From Sphingobacteriales bacterium (lineage in GTDB: Bacteria; Bacteroidota; Bacteroidia; Chitinophagales; JADIYW01): DNA of 64,000 bases. This document shows, piece after piece, positions 39,945 through 49,983 of this stretch (the stretch's first letter is position 1; every line of letters begins with the position of its first letter). The notes beneath the pieces are model-generated. The model was given only the letters and a program-made list of their open reading frames with translations, searched no databases and had not been told where the DNA came from. The translations under genes were made by a program, and so were the position numbers. The DNA is taken from the NCBI GenBank assembly GCA_947460245.1, contig CANHGL010000008.1:1094-65093 (forward strand). Direction: 5' to 3'.

Positions 39945-40174
39945 AGTAATGCATCAATTGCTTTTGCGAGGATATAATCTTTTTCGGTTATAGTGTTTCC
40001 GGCATCATGGGTTTGTAAGGATATTTCTACTTTATTATACACGTTGAAAATTTCCGGATGATGGTTTTGTTCTTCTGCAAGTAAGGCAATACCAGATATA
40101 AATGAAAAGGCCTCTTTGAAGTCTTTAAATAAAAACTGCTTAAACAGTTTATTTTCTTTAATTTCCCAATTCAT
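39941..40174 (-). CDS. phhB: 4a-hydroxytetrahydrobiopterin dehydratase (PCD/DCoH)
   Basis: 77 aa. The ...QNHHPEIFNVYNKVEISLQTHD... motif is diagnostic of pterin-4a-carbinolamine dehydratases. Confidence 0.85.
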   Translation of the reverse strand: MNWEIKENKLFKQFLFKDFKEAFSFISGIALLAEEQNHHPEIFNVYNKVEISLQTHDAGNTITEKDYILAKAIDALL

Positions 40175-40230
40175 AATGTATTTTTTACCTTAGATATAAA
40201 GTTAATATTTAATCTTCAACTCTAGTTAAA

Positions 40231-41154
40231 ATGAATTGGAAACTACGATTTTTGTTATGGTATGTCAATAAGGTGCAACCCCTTAGAGAGGATGATCCTG
40301 CAGATATAAAGGCAGAACGAAAAAAGGTAATTAAATCATCGAACTTAGGTAAGTTGCTTTTTGATAGCAAAAAAGAGATTCTGGAAATCAGGGATTTTTC
40401 AATAGAGGATGTTCCGGTACGTTTATATAGAAATAGCAATGCTCCTGCTCAAAAAGTTATCATTTATTTCCACGGGGGAGGCTTTGTGCTTTATAATATA
40501 GATTCTCATGATTATGTAGCGCGTAGATTATGCGCCATGAATGATTGTACAGTAATTTCTGTCGATTATAAACTAGCTCCTGAGTTTACCTTCCCTGCAG
40601 CACACTTAGATGCTTACAAGGTTATAGAGTATATAGCTAATCATGGAAATGAATTGGGAATAGATCCTGCTAAGATGATAGTGGCAGGGGATAGTGCGGG
40701 TGGTAATCTCGCGGCTTGTGCTACGCATCATTTTAAGCGCAAGGGAAATCTATCTATTGCTGCCCAGGTACTGATTTATCCTTGGGTAGATGGAAAGTTG
40801 GATACTTCCTCCATAGAACAATATAAGAATGGCTATCTGCTCACTAAAAAAGGTATACAATGGTTTCAAAAGACGTATACTCCCAACCCGGAAGATTATT
40901 GCAACCCCGAAGTTTCACCTGTCTACCATGATGATTTTTCAAATCTTCCACCTTGTTTTATTCTAACCGCTGAGTATGATCCATTAAAAGATGATGGTAA
41001 GTCATACGCAGATAAGCTGCAAAACCATAACAATACAGTTTTATACAAGGATTATAAGGAGCTTATTCATGGATTCTTTAATCTTCCTAAACTATCTTCA
41101 GAAAGCATGCAGGCTTACTATGATATTCAGGCATTCATCAGCAAGGTGGTCTGA
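40231..41154 (+). CDS. alpha/beta hydrolase fold-3 esterase/lipase (HSL family)
   Basis: HGGGF oxyanion motif, GDSAGGNLA nucleophile motif, and a C-terminal DPL..D...H catalytic region. Confidence 0.85.
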   Translation: MNWKLRFLLWYVNKVQPLREDDPADIKAERKKVIKSSNLGKLLFDSKKEILEIRDFSIEDVPVRLYRNSNAPAQKVIIYFHGGGFVLYNIDSHDYVARRLCAMNDCTVISVDYKLAPEFTFPAAHLDAYKVIEYIANHGNELGIDPAKMIVAGDSAGGNLAACATHHFKRKGNLSIAAQVLIYPWVDGKLDTSSIEQYKNGYLLTKKGIQWFQKTYTPNPEDYCNPEVSPVYHDDFSNLPPCFILTAEYDPLKDDGKSYADKLQNHNNTVLYKDYKELIHGFFNLPKLSSESMQAYYDIQAFISKVV

Positions 41155-41550
41155 TTATCTCTTGTCGGTACTCAATACCATTTTTAGTTTAAGCTTTGCG
41201 CCAATAGACATTATATCTACCAAGTCTTGTATACTCAGATTCTCTGCTACGCGAAGAACTACTGTTGGGTCTGTATTATTAACTAATGCAGCTTGTAGTG
41301 CATTTTCCAGGCCATCTAAAGGAATTTCTGTGGTATTGATAAAGTACTTCTTATCTGCTGTTACAGACAATGTAACTGGTTGCTTAGCGAGTTGCTCCGA
41401 GCTATTGGCTTTTGGCAACATCAACTTAATGACGTTTGGATTAGCCATGGTAGAAATAATAAGAAAAAATAGCATCAAGAAAAACATAATGTCGTTCATA
41501 GAGGCCATTGCATCTTCGTCGTGGAATGGTTTGCGTCTTCTGATATTCAT
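41155..41550 (-). CDS. exbD: ExbD/TolR family biopolymer transport protein
   Basis: 131 aa. N-terminal acidic residue followed by a single TM (MNDIMFFLMLFFLII) and a periplasmic domain. Coupled to exbB (TAATG overlap). Confidence 0.85.
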   Translation of the reverse strand: MNIRRRKPFHDEDAMASMNDIMFFLMLFFLIISTMANPNVIKLMLPKANSSEQLAKQPVTLSVTADKKYFINTTEIPLDGLENALQAALVNNTDPTVVLRVAENLSIQDLVDIMSIGAKLKLKMVLSTDKR

Positions 41551-42248
41551 TACTTAACCGGTTTTTGTATGCCTTTTACAAATTCAAAAATCTGTTTTTG
41601 CAATTTCATGGAGTAATTGTCAATCAATGTCAATAGAAGATGATATCCCATAAAGGCTAATACACCAACAATCAAACCGGTAGCAGAGGTAATCATCTTT
41701 TGGTATAATCCTGCGGATATTGTGCCAATAGATATGTCTGCTGTTTGTGATATACTATAAAAGATTTTGATAACTCCCAGAATGGTTCCGATAAACCCTA
41801 AACGCGGCGCAACGCCTGAAATCATGCTGATCCAACTCATTCTTTTTTCCATTTCATTCAACTCTATATTAGATTGAATTTCAATGGCTTTTTCTATGTG
41901 ATCAATAGGTTTTCCCAATTGAGATATTCCAGCTTGAAGTACATTTCCTAATGCTGATTTGTCTTGTATACAGTGTGCATCTGCGGATTGTAAGTTGCCG
42001 GAGTACAGTTTATCTAGCACATCTCTTACGAGGTGATCATTGATTGTTGTTCGCTGGCGGATAAATAGGTAGCGTTCTATAATGAAAAATAATGTAAGTA
42101 TAAAAAACAATACAAGTGGGATCATAATAAATCCTCCTTTCATCAGCAAATCAAGTAGGGATAGGTCTTTAATAACAGTTGGAGTAGTTGCTGCTATCGA
42201 CTGGCTAGAGTCTAAAATAGTGTTGCCTGCTTGGAGTAGAATTCCCAT
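41550..42248 (-). CDS. exbB: MotA/TolQ/ExbB proton-channel protein
   Basis: Three TM segments and the conserved GVAPRLGFIGTILGVI block. Confidence 0.85.
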   Translation of the reverse strand: MGILLQAGNTILDSSQSIAATTPTVIKDLSLLDLLMKGGFIMIPLVLFFILTLFFIIERYLFIRQRTTINDHLVRDVLDKLYSGNLQSADAHCIQDKSALGNVLQAGISQLGKPIDHIEKAIEIQSNIELNEMEKRMSWISMISGVAPRLGFIGTILGVIKIFYSISQTADISIGTISAGLYQKMITSATGLIVGVLAFMGYHLLLTLIDNYSMKLQKQIFEFVKGIQKPVK

Positions 42249-42429
42249 AAGTATTATGTTTTAACAAAAATAATATTTTAGCTTCAACGTGGAAAGGTAA
42301 TCTGTTATTGTATTGTGGATAACCGAATCCATACCAGCCTTCTTGGTATGCATCTGATATTCAGCTATTTTATCTAAACGTTTTATATATTTATAGCATA
42401 TTTGAAAAATGTAATTAAAGCATAAGGAT

Positions 42430-43737
42430 ATGTTTAGACGGTACTATTTTCTTTGTTTTTGTCTGTTTTCTTCTGTGATGTTTGGCCAGGCAGTTAGAAT
42501 GGTTGAATATGATTTAAACAAGAATCTTTCGGGTGCCGTCTACAAGTTCTCTTTTGTTCATATTACAGATGTACACATTGGAGAGGACGCAGCTTCCTCA
42601 GATTATGGAACCCCGGGGTATTTCAATGATTCAGTTCCGGTTCAAGATAGCAGTAAGCCTGTATTGAGATTACAACAAGCAGTAAAGTGGATCAATTATC
42701 ACGAAGTGGATAAGAATATAAAGTTTGTAGTTCTCTCGGGAGATCTTACAGGCAGCGCAGAGAAGTCGGAGTTTCAGATGTGTAAAAATATTTTGGATAG
42801 CCTGCATATGCCTTATGTTCCCGTGATTGGCAATCATGATATCTGGCCTTATATTCGCTATCAGAATGAAGCTCCCAGTGCTTGCGGTGATTCTGTAATG
42901 GGGGAGGTGTTTTCAGCCAACTATGATAAAAATAAATTATTTTTTGATAATTGGAATGATGGTACTCGTTTACTAAGAACGTATAATCCGGAAACGCAAC
43001 GAGAACATTATTTACAAAACTTTTCTTTTGAATACGATGGATTTATTTTCTATGCTCTGGATTTTAATCCGCGTTATCATGTAAATAAGGAAGAGCCGGG
43101 TATCGGTCCGGAAGCTCAGCTGATGGATTGGTCTGGTGGAACTTTTCAATGGTTGCAAACGGAACTTTTGAATAATCCCAATAAAGGAAATCATAATGTT
43201 TTGTTTGTATCTCACCATCCTGCAACAGATAATATATTGGTACAACTTTCTAATTTTGTTTTCGATGCTACTGAGTATGATAAGATTATTCAGAAGCTAA
43301 GTCCATTCAAAAGTAATTTAAGTCTATGGTTAGCAGGGCATATTCATGTTGATTATGCGTATCCTTTAGTTAATAATGTCATGCAAGTAAGAGGGATGGC
43401 GGCTAACAAAGATTTTGATTCTGCTCGTTTTGAGATTATTAATGTCTATGAAGCGCAAAATGTTTCATCCGTTCAAGTATCTGCTAATGAGAAATTACAA
43501 GTTTATCCAAATCCAAACAATGGAATATTTACAGCTTCACAAGAATTATTCAGTATCAAGTCTGTAATAAAATTATACGATGTTATAGGGAATCTAATTT
43601 ACGAGAAGCCAATTACCTATTTCGCGTCTGGGAATGAATTATATACTTTTGACTTTTCTGCGCTTTCAAAAGGGTCATATAGTCTTGTGCTCTCTGATGA
43701 AGAACGTACATACTCGCAAAGGTTAATTATAAGATAA
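42430..43737 (+). CDS. secreted calcineurin-like metallophosphoesterase with T9SS C-terminal sorting domain
   Basis: Phosphoesterase motifs ITDVHIGED, LSGDLTG, GNHD, VSHHP and GHIH. C-terminal LQVYPNPNNGIFT...GSYSLVL sorting domain. Confidence 0.75.
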   Translation: MFRRYYFLCFCLFSSVMFGQAVRMVEYDLNKNLSGAVYKFSFVHITDVHIGEDAASSDYGTPGYFNDSVPVQDSSKPVLRLQQAVKWINYHEVDKNIKFVVLSGDLTGSAEKSEFQMCKNILDSLHMPYVPVIGNHDIWPYIRYQNEAPSACGDSVMGEVFSANYDKNKLFFDNWNDGTRLLRTYNPETQREHYLQNFSFEYDGFIFYALDFNPRYHVNKEEPGIGPEAQLMDWSGGTFQWLQTELLNNPNKGNHNVLFVSHHPATDNILVQLSNFVFDATEYDKIIQKLSPFKSNLSLWLAGHIHVDYAYPLVNNVMQVRGMAANKDFDSARFEIINVYEAQNVSSVQVSANEKLQVYPNPNNGIFTASQELFSIKSVIKLYDVIGNLIYEKPITYFASGNELYTFDFSALSKGSYSLVLSDEERTYSQRLIIR

Positions 43738-44667
43738 TTATTTTATCAGCCAGGCTTCTATATCACGCTGATTCAAGTCTGTTCCATTACATTTTTTGAC
43801 CACAATTCCATTATTTATATACATGATAATTGGTAAGCTAATGCCAGCCACTCTTGTCCATTCATTAGGTCCCAGGAATAGGTTATGGGGGATATTTTGC
43901 GTATGTGTATCATCAAAAAAATCCTTGACCATTTCTTGGTCTCCATTGATTGCAAGATAAAATGGGATGGAAAGATTTTTCTTTTGCATTACATGTATTT
44001 TCTTAGCAGCAATACGGCAGTGTGAGCAGGTAAGGCTTAAGAATGCTATAATATGCTTTCCTTTTCGAAGCTCAATCTTGGGTTTTTCTTTTTGCTTTTC
44101 AGTATACATTAATTCTAAAGGAACCTTGTAATTGATATGATTTTTATCTAATGTGGATGTATATACAAGGTCTATCGGGAAAACAAAGAATCCAATAGCC
44201 ATGGAACCAGCTAATAGAATTGTTGCTAGTAGTTTTCTCCAGAAACTATTCCAGTATTCATATTCGGCTAAAGTATAGAGCACAAAACTGGATAGGAGTA
44301 ATAATAAATTTTTGAGAATCCCCTGTAGTGGCGACATCTGTATGGCTTCCCCAAAACAACCGCAGTTGCCTGTATTCCCCTCTGTAACAATTTTAAAGAG
44401 CAAATAAAAAGTAAATAGCGTGAGTAAAATTACCGTAAATTTTAAAGTAAACCTTCTTAGTGCGATATTTAGAAGGAGCATTGTGCCTAGAAATAATTCT
44501 ATCCCAATAAAAAAACGTGCCATATAGGGTGCAGTGTTCCAGCTGGCAACGCCTATATCCACAAATTGATATTCAAAGGGTTCTATTGGAAATAACTTAG
44601 AAATTCCAGATATAATAAATACTAATCCTAAGAAGAAACTTAAGAGAATGAAGATTGTTTTTTTCAT
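43738..44667 (-). CDS. MauE/DoxX-like membrane domain fused to a thioredoxin-like domain
   Basis: Four to five N-terminal TM helices with a CGCFG motif. C-terminal domain has a CSHC redox motif in a TlpA-like context. Confidence 0.6.
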   Translation of the reverse strand: MKKTIFILLSFFLGLVFIISGISKLFPIEPFEYQFVDIGVASWNTAPYMARFFIGIELFLGTMLLLNIALRRFTLKFTVILLTLFTFYLLFKIVTEGNTGNCGCFGEAIQMSPLQGILKNLLLLLSSFVLYTLAEYEYWNSFWRKLLATILLAGSMAIGFFVFPIDLVYTSTLDKNHINYKVPLELMYTEKQKEKPKIELRKGKHIIAFLSLTCSHCRIAAKKIHVMQKKNLSIPFYLAINGDQEMVKDFFDDTHTQNIPHNLFLGPNEWTRVAGISLPIIMYINNGIVVKKCNGTDLNQRDIEAWLIK

Positions 44668-44679
44668 AGTATAAATATA

Positions 44680-44707
44680 AAAAAGGGATTCTATTGAATC
44701 CCTTTTT
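44680..44707 (-). terminator. rho-independent terminator after the Lys-rich/acidic protein gene
   Basis: 12-bp stem AAAAAGGGATTC-tatt-GAATCCCTTTTT, symmetric with A/T runs on both sides. Confidence 0.7.
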
Positions 44708-44709
44708 CT

Positions 44710-45741
44710 TTATTCGTCATCGTCATCATCGCCATCATCCACATCGTCATTATCTTCTTCATCGTCATCATCATCAAATCCATATTCTAGGTCGTCTGCA
44801 CTTTTTACTTTTCCTTTTGATTTTCTTTTAGGAGAATCGTCTTCATCACTTTTATCAAAATCATCAAAATCAGCTCCACCGCCTACAGGAATCTCTTTCT
44901 CAGATATTGGAGTAGCTACATCCTGGAATAGTTCTTCATCATCGTAGTCATTTACCATTTTTTGAAGCTGCGTACTTACCTTAACGAGGTAAGTAAATTC
45001 ACCAATATCAATTGGAACAGCAGATACAAGCTCTCTTTTAGAGTTAGTAAATTTTATAACACCCTTATTGTAGCCATGTGGGTACTTATCAGAAAGTGCT
45101 CTTAAGACTTCATCCGGAACATTTTTATAGTCAACTATAACCTTACGAAATCCTCCCGGTGGTGGGGGTGGTGCTAATCTTATCGGTATTTCAATTGCTT
45201 TTTTAGATTTTCTGCTCTTTTTTACAACAGCTTCTTTCTTTTCTTCTTTTACGATAACTTTTGCTACTGGTTGAGCCGTTGGTTTTATATCTTTTTTTAC
45301 AACAACTACTTTTGGGATAGCTTTTACAGGTTTAGTTTTTGTCTTCTCCAACTTAGTATTAACAGGCTTTACAGGCTGGATGACTTTCTTAGCTGCAGTT
45401 GGCTTGGCAACAACCTTCACAATGGCTTTTGTGGGTTTAGTTGCCTTAGGAGCAATTTTTCCCTTAGCTGGGGCGACTTTTAATGCCTTTTTTACATGCG
45501 CTTTAGCAGCTACCTTCTTTTTGGCCTCTATTTTCTTAGGAGCTGACTTTGCCGGTTTGCTAACTGCTTTAGGTGCCGGTTTCGCACTCTTTTTCTGAGT
45601 ATTACTCTTTACTGGCTTTCCAGTAGGTTTGCTTTTCTTAACGGCAGGAGCTTTTTTGACTGTAGCTTTTTTAGCTGGAGTCTTCTTTACTGGAGCCTTA
45701 GCCTGCTTTTTAGGTTCTGCTTTTTTAGTTTTTTTCGCCAC
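44710..45741 (-). CDS. bipolar protein: histone-H1-like Lys/Ala/Pro-rich N-terminus, small globular domain, poly-Asp/Glu tail
   Basis: About 190 aa of KKxxAK/PVK repeats, then a PPPPPGG hinge, then the FRKVIVDYKNVPDEVLRALSDKYPHGY...YLVKVS domain. The terminal ~40 aa are nearly pure D/E. Confidence 0.7.
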   Translation of the reverse strand: MAKKTKKAEPKKQAKAPVKKTPAKKATVKKAPAVKKSKPTGKPVKSNTQKKSAKPAPKAVSKPAKSAPKKIEAKKKVAAKAHVKKALKVAPAKGKIAPKATKPTKAIVKVVAKPTAAKKVIQPVKPVNTKLEKTKTKPVKAIPKVVVVKKDIKPTAQPVAKVIVKEEKKEAVVKKSRKSKKAIEIPIRLAPPPPPGGFRKVIVDYKNVPDEVLRALSDKYPHGYNKGVIKFTNSKRELVSAVPIDIGEFTYLVKVSTQLQKMVNDYDDEELFQDVATPISEKEIPVGGGADFDDFDKSDEDDSPKRKSKGKVKSADDLEYGFDDDDDEEDNDDVDDGDDDDDE

Positions 45742-46125
45742 GGATATTGGTTGTTTGAGTTTTTAAATTTGTCGCTAAATGTAAAATGAATTGCACCAAA
45801 TATGCAAATATTTCCTATAAAAAATACATTATTAAACTTTTTTATTTTTTTAGCACTAAACCTAAAAAATAGTATACAATAAAACTACTGTCACTCCTTG
45901 CAATTTTTATAGCATTCTTCCCGTTAAAAGCCTGTCTCAAATCAATCGTGAAAGTAAAATCTAATCCACCAGATATGATCGTTTTTGTTAAATTTTATAC
46001 AGCTTTAGGATGTATAGGCTAAAGCGTATTGGAATAGCCTGATTAAATAATTATGTATGATTGGAGGGTAATATCAAATACCTATGATAAGTGGGTGAAG
46101 GGATATTGGAGGAGTAGCAGATAAA

Positions 46126-47397
46126 TCAGTTCTTATTTATTGCGCGTTCCATCAGTCTTTTATAAGGATAGAAATCTACCTGCACGGTATGCCTCGCGGA
46201 CTCTTTATACCTGAGTTTCAATTTTTGCTTGTCTTCTTGTATGCGTTTCAGCATATCTGCCTTGTCGGGAAGCTTTGATTTGCCGGTTAAGATACTGGCC
46301 ACCCATTTTGCCTGTGCTTCAGATAGTGGCATAATAGCACCCAAAGGTTGGATAAGACCAATAAAAAATAAGTTTTTATTGGTTGGGTCCACCACTTTAT
46401 GGTAAAGCTCCACCTGATTGTCTTTTATAGAAATAATCGATTCGTCAAAAAACGGGAAGGTCATTTTATAGCCTGTACAGTGAATGATGGCGTCGAAGCT
46501 TTCCTTGGTTCCATCTTCAAATACTATTTCGTTCTGTTTTAAGGTGGTTATATTTGGTTTAATCTGAATTTTTCCATCCCTTACATTATTTAGAAATACA
46601 TTAGATATTGTGGGGTGCTCTGCTAATATCGGTCGCTTGGGAACAGGAACGCCGTATGAATCTTGTCGTCCTATGTTTAGCCTTAATGCAGCAGTTAGAG
46701 CCAAGCGTTGCAGGGCGAGTGGAGCATAGGCGAGCGGTGGTTTAGAGATATGGTCTGTAGGTATTCCAAATAAATATTTTGGAATAATATAGGCTCCGCT
46801 TCTGGTAGAAAGAACTACTTTCTTTGCAAATGTAGTTAACTCGCTGGCGATGTCTACGCCGGAATTCCCTATACCAATAATTAGAACTCTTTTATCCTTA
46901 AACTGATTCGGAGTTTTATAATCGTGCGCGTGAAGTGTTTCTCCATCGAAACTGCCACTAAAGCCAGCATATCTAGGGTTCCAATGGTGACCATTGCATA
47001 CTACTAATGCATCATATTCCCTTGCGGCATTATTTCCTGTAGTCACTAAATATTTATCACCTTTTTTTTCTACATGAGTAACTGATGTTTTGAATTGTAT
47101 TTTAGGTCTAAAACCGAAGTGATGGACATAGCTCGTAAAGTAATCGAAGATTTGAGTGTGATCTGGGTAATCCGGATAATCTTTAGGCATGGGGTAGTCA
47201 GAATATGCCATCATCTCTTTTGAGGTGTTAATGCATAATGATTTATAAATGGAATTCTGACCATTGTCATTCTCATACCACCATAGTCCACCTACATCTG
47301 ATCCTTTTTCATAGCAGTCAAAATCAATATTATTTTCTTGAAATACCTTGCAGGCAGCAATGCCGGATGAGCCGGCGCCAATAATACAAACCTTCAT
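46126..47397 (-). CDS. flavin-containing monooxygenase (class B, FMO-like)
   Basis: GAGSSG FAD site, FMO-identifying FDGETLHAHDYK (FxGxxxHxxxY/F), and second dinucleotide fold GIGNSGVDIA. Confidence 0.85.
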   Translation of the reverse strand: MKVCIIGAGSSGIAACKVFQENNIDFDCYEKGSDVGGLWWYENDNGQNSIYKSLCINTSKEMMAYSDYPMPKDYPDYPDHTQIFDYFTSYVHHFGFRPKIQFKTSVTHVEKKGDKYLVTTGNNAAREYDALVVCNGHHWNPRYAGFSGSFDGETLHAHDYKTPNQFKDKRVLIIGIGNSGVDIASELTTFAKKVVLSTRSGAYIIPKYLFGIPTDHISKPPLAYAPLALQRLALTAALRLNIGRQDSYGVPVPKRPILAEHPTISNVFLNNVRDGKIQIKPNITTLKQNEIVFEDGTKESFDAIIHCTGYKMTFPFFDESIISIKDNQVELYHKVVDPTNKNLFFIGLIQPLGAIMPLSEAQAKWVASILTGKSKLPDKADMLKRIQEDKQKLKLRYKESARHTVQVDFYPYKRLMERAINKN

Positions 47398-47593
47398 ATT
47401 GTTTATCGTAATTTTCCTTTTGTATAGTTAATACTAATCTAATCATTTAGCGTAAAAAAGTTTCTTTTTAAATAGGAAATGAGATAATAGAATTAAACAG
47501 AAAGAATGAACTGCTGATTTTTATCATCTGTTTTAAGTGATTTTTGTCATTCCCTGTTGAGTATGCGCAATTTACTTTTATATAAATTATCTT

Positions 47594-48433
47594 ATGAAAA
47601 AAATAATAGTAGCTATTGATGCTATCACTTATAATGAAAATTCATTAGACCAGGCTATTCAGATTGCACAAAGATCAGGCGGTATGATACTAGGTGTTTT
47701 TCTGCATGATTTATCTTATATAAATTATAATCTGCCAAGTGCCTTTGTATTGGCGCCAGTAGAGTATACATCGATAGTGAAAAAGCAAAAGGATGATCAA
47801 GCTAAATTAGAACTCAACCTAAAATTGTTTAACGATAAATGTAGTAGAGAGCATATAAAGCACAAAGCACATATACATGAAGGTATGGATATTGTTAATT
47901 TTCTTATTCAGGAAACTATTTTTGCTGATTTGCTGATTTTGGATGAGCATATGAGTTTTACATATGTGGGAGCACAACAACTTTCTAGTTTTGTTATTGA
48001 TGTTTTGGAGGATGCACATTGCCCTGTATTGGTGGTTCCGGATAAGGCTCGATTGGTAGAGCATGTTTTTTTGTGTTATGATGGAACGCCCTCTAGCGTG
48101 CAGGCTATTAAAATGTATGCTTATCTGTTCCCAGAATGGAGTTCTAAGCCAACCACTTTGGTTTCATTTAATGAGTCCTCTTCCAATCACTTAAAGAAAA
48201 GCGAAAATATTAAAGATTTACTGCATCAGCATTTTACACAACTGCATATTGATGTAGAGCATCATTTAAGAGTAGGCGATGCCATTTATAGTTACTTCAA
48301 ATTGCATGAAGAGGGAGCATTCTTGGTAATGGGGGCCTATGGCAGGAGTGCTTTTTCCAGACTTTTTAAGAAGAGTATGGCCAATACGATTATCCGAGAG
48401 GTTAGAGTCCCAATATTTATCACACACGAATAA
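47594..48433 (+). CDS. universal stress protein (tandem UspA domains)
   Basis: 279 aa. Two Usp-like halves, the second ending ...LVMGAYGRSAFSRLF..S....I......PIFI.H. Confidence 0.75.
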   Translation: MKKIIVAIDAITYNENSLDQAIQIAQRSGGMILGVFLHDLSYINYNLPSAFVLAPVEYTSIVKKQKDDQAKLELNLKLFNDKCSREHIKHKAHIHEGMDIVNFLIQETIFADLLILDEHMSFTYVGAQQLSSFVIDVLEDAHCPVLVVPDKARLVEHVFLCYDGTPSSVQAIKMYAYLFPEWSSKPTTLVSFNESSSNHLKKSENIKDLLHQHFTQLHIDVEHHLRVGDAIYSYFKLHEEGAFLVMGAYGRSAFSRLFKKSMANTIIREVRVPIFITHE

Positions 48434-48442
48434 AAATAATGT

Positions 48443-48907
48443 ATGAATACCACAAAAAATAAATCTTTAGAGCGTGTAAAAAAGCCGGTTAAGACGAATG
48501 TTTCAAGGGCAATATTGCCAGTGTCTGAAAAAAAACTAATAAAACAGCTTCCTGAGCCACTTCATCCGCTTTTACTAAATGAATCAAAATTGGTTGCCGG
48601 CCCCTTTTGGAATATATGGGATGCTGGAGATAAATACAAGGTTAGGGTTTCTGCTCCTGGTTTGAGTAAGCGAAATATAAAGGTTTATACCAATGGGAAT
48701 AAGCTAACAATTAGCTGTGCTAAGGATAATACTCCGACAGATAGCGATAAGGTTTATGTCTTAAAAGAATTTGATTTTAATTCTTGGAGCAGAACAATTG
48801 CACTTCCTAATAAAATAGACCCATCCAGTATTAAAATGCGCTACAAAGATGGTATAGTAAAGTTAGAACTCGAAAAACTGACCAATGGGGAGGGTAAATC
48901 CAGATAA
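48443..48907 (+). CDS. Hsp20/alpha-crystallin family small heat-shock protein
   Basis: Alpha-crystallin domain (DKYKVRVSAPGLSKRNIKV...F.R...LP..ID...I...Y.DG.L.L.L.K). Confidence 0.8.
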   Translation: MNTTKNKSLERVKKPVKTNVSRAILPVSEKKLIKQLPEPLHPLLLNESKLVAGPFWNIWDAGDKYKVRVSAPGLSKRNIKVYTNGNKLTISCAKDNTPTDSDKVYVLKEFDFNSWSRTIALPNKIDPSSIKMRYKDGIVKLELEKLTNGEGKSR

Positions 48908-48981
48908 AAGGGGGATTTCTTAATTAATCAAATTAGCACATTAATAACATTCCTTTAAATCTATCTTTTTATTTTTACAGA

Positions 48982-49983
48982 ATGATAGAGACGGATATAT
49001 GTATAATCGGTGCTGGTCCTGTAGGCTTATTTGCTGTTTTTGAGGCAGGTTTATTAAAAATGCGTTGCCATTTGGTGGATTATCTGCCGCAGGTGGGTGG
49101 TCAGCTTACAGAGATCTATCCCAAGAAACCTATTTATGATATTCCTGGGTTTCCAACTGTTATTGCTGAAGATTTGGTAAAAAATTTAATGGATCAGGCC
49201 AAGCCGTTTGATCCTACTTTCACCTTGGGTGAAAGGGTAGAGCGTATAGAACAACGGCCAGATAACACATTTATATTAGGTACTCATCTAGGTACTGCTA
49301 TTCACGCTAAGGTAATTTGTATAGCTGGTGGCTTAGGTTGTTTTGAGCCAAGGAAGCCAGCAATTGATAATCTTACTGATTATGAGAAGTGTGGTGTGGA
49401 ATATATGGTGCTGGATCCTGAAAAATATAGAAATAAAAAAATTGTAATTGCCGGCGGTGGAGATAGTGCTTTGGATTGGACCATTTTTTTAGCTAATGTA
49501 GCTGCAGAATTAACGCTTGTTCATAGAGGTGAGATTTTCCGTGGGGCACCAGATAGTGTTAGTAAGGTTAAGCAATTGGCAGAAGAGGGTAAGATTAAAT
49601 TAGAACTTAATGCTAATGTCAAAAGCCTTTATGGAAGCGGAAAATTGGAAAGACTTGCCATAGTGCATAATGATGGCAGTGCTAAAGAAATAAGTGCTGA
49701 TTATTATCTTGCTTTATTTGGCTTGAGCCCTAAGTTAGGACCTATCGCAAATTGGGGACTGGAGATAGATAAGAATGCCATCGATGTGAATACCAGAGAT
49801 TATTCTACAAATATCAAGGGTGTTTATGCTATTGGCGATATTAATAATTATGAGGGGAAGTTGAAATTGATTCTATGCGGTTTTCATGAAGCAGCATTGA
49901 TGGCACATAGCGCATCAGAACTTATTTTAGGCAAGAAACCTACTTTAAAATATACTACTGTTAACGGAGTCAACTCTTTTTAA
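48982..49983 (+). CDS. ferredoxin--NADP+ reductase, thioredoxin-reductase-like (YumC type)
   Basis: GAGPVGLFA, QVGGQLTEIYPKKPIYDIPGFP, GGGDSALDW and AIGDI motifs. No redox CxxC, consistent with the FNR type. Confidence 0.85.
   Translation: MIETDICIIGAGPVGLFAVFEAGLLKMRCHLVDYLPQVGGQLTEIYPKKPIYDIPGFPTVIAEDLVKNLMDQAKPFDPTFTLGERVERIEQRPDNTFILGTHLGTAIHAKVICIAGGLGCFEPRKPAIDNLTDYEKCGVEYMVLDPEKYRNKKIVIAGGGDSALDWTIFLANVAAELTLVHRGEIFRGAPDSVSKVKQLAEEGKIKLELNANVKSLYGSGKLERLAIVHNDGSAKEISADYYLALFGLSPKLGPIANWGLEIDKNAIDVNTRDYSTNIKGVYAIGDINNYEGKLKLILCGFHEAALMAHSASELILGKKPTLKYTTVNGVNSF

Noticed and set aside
40991-41557. 188-aa plus-strand ORF overlapping the esterase 3' end and all of exbD
   Set aside because: It is antisense to a well-supported ExbD gene. 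It has no recognisable motifs and a Ser/Leu/Ile-biased composition typical of the reverse frame of an AT-rich gene.
47594-49983. Usp-Hsp20-FNR run considered as a possible stress island
   Set aside because: These are common housekeeping stress genes with ordinary spacing. Nothing is unusual in their sequences.
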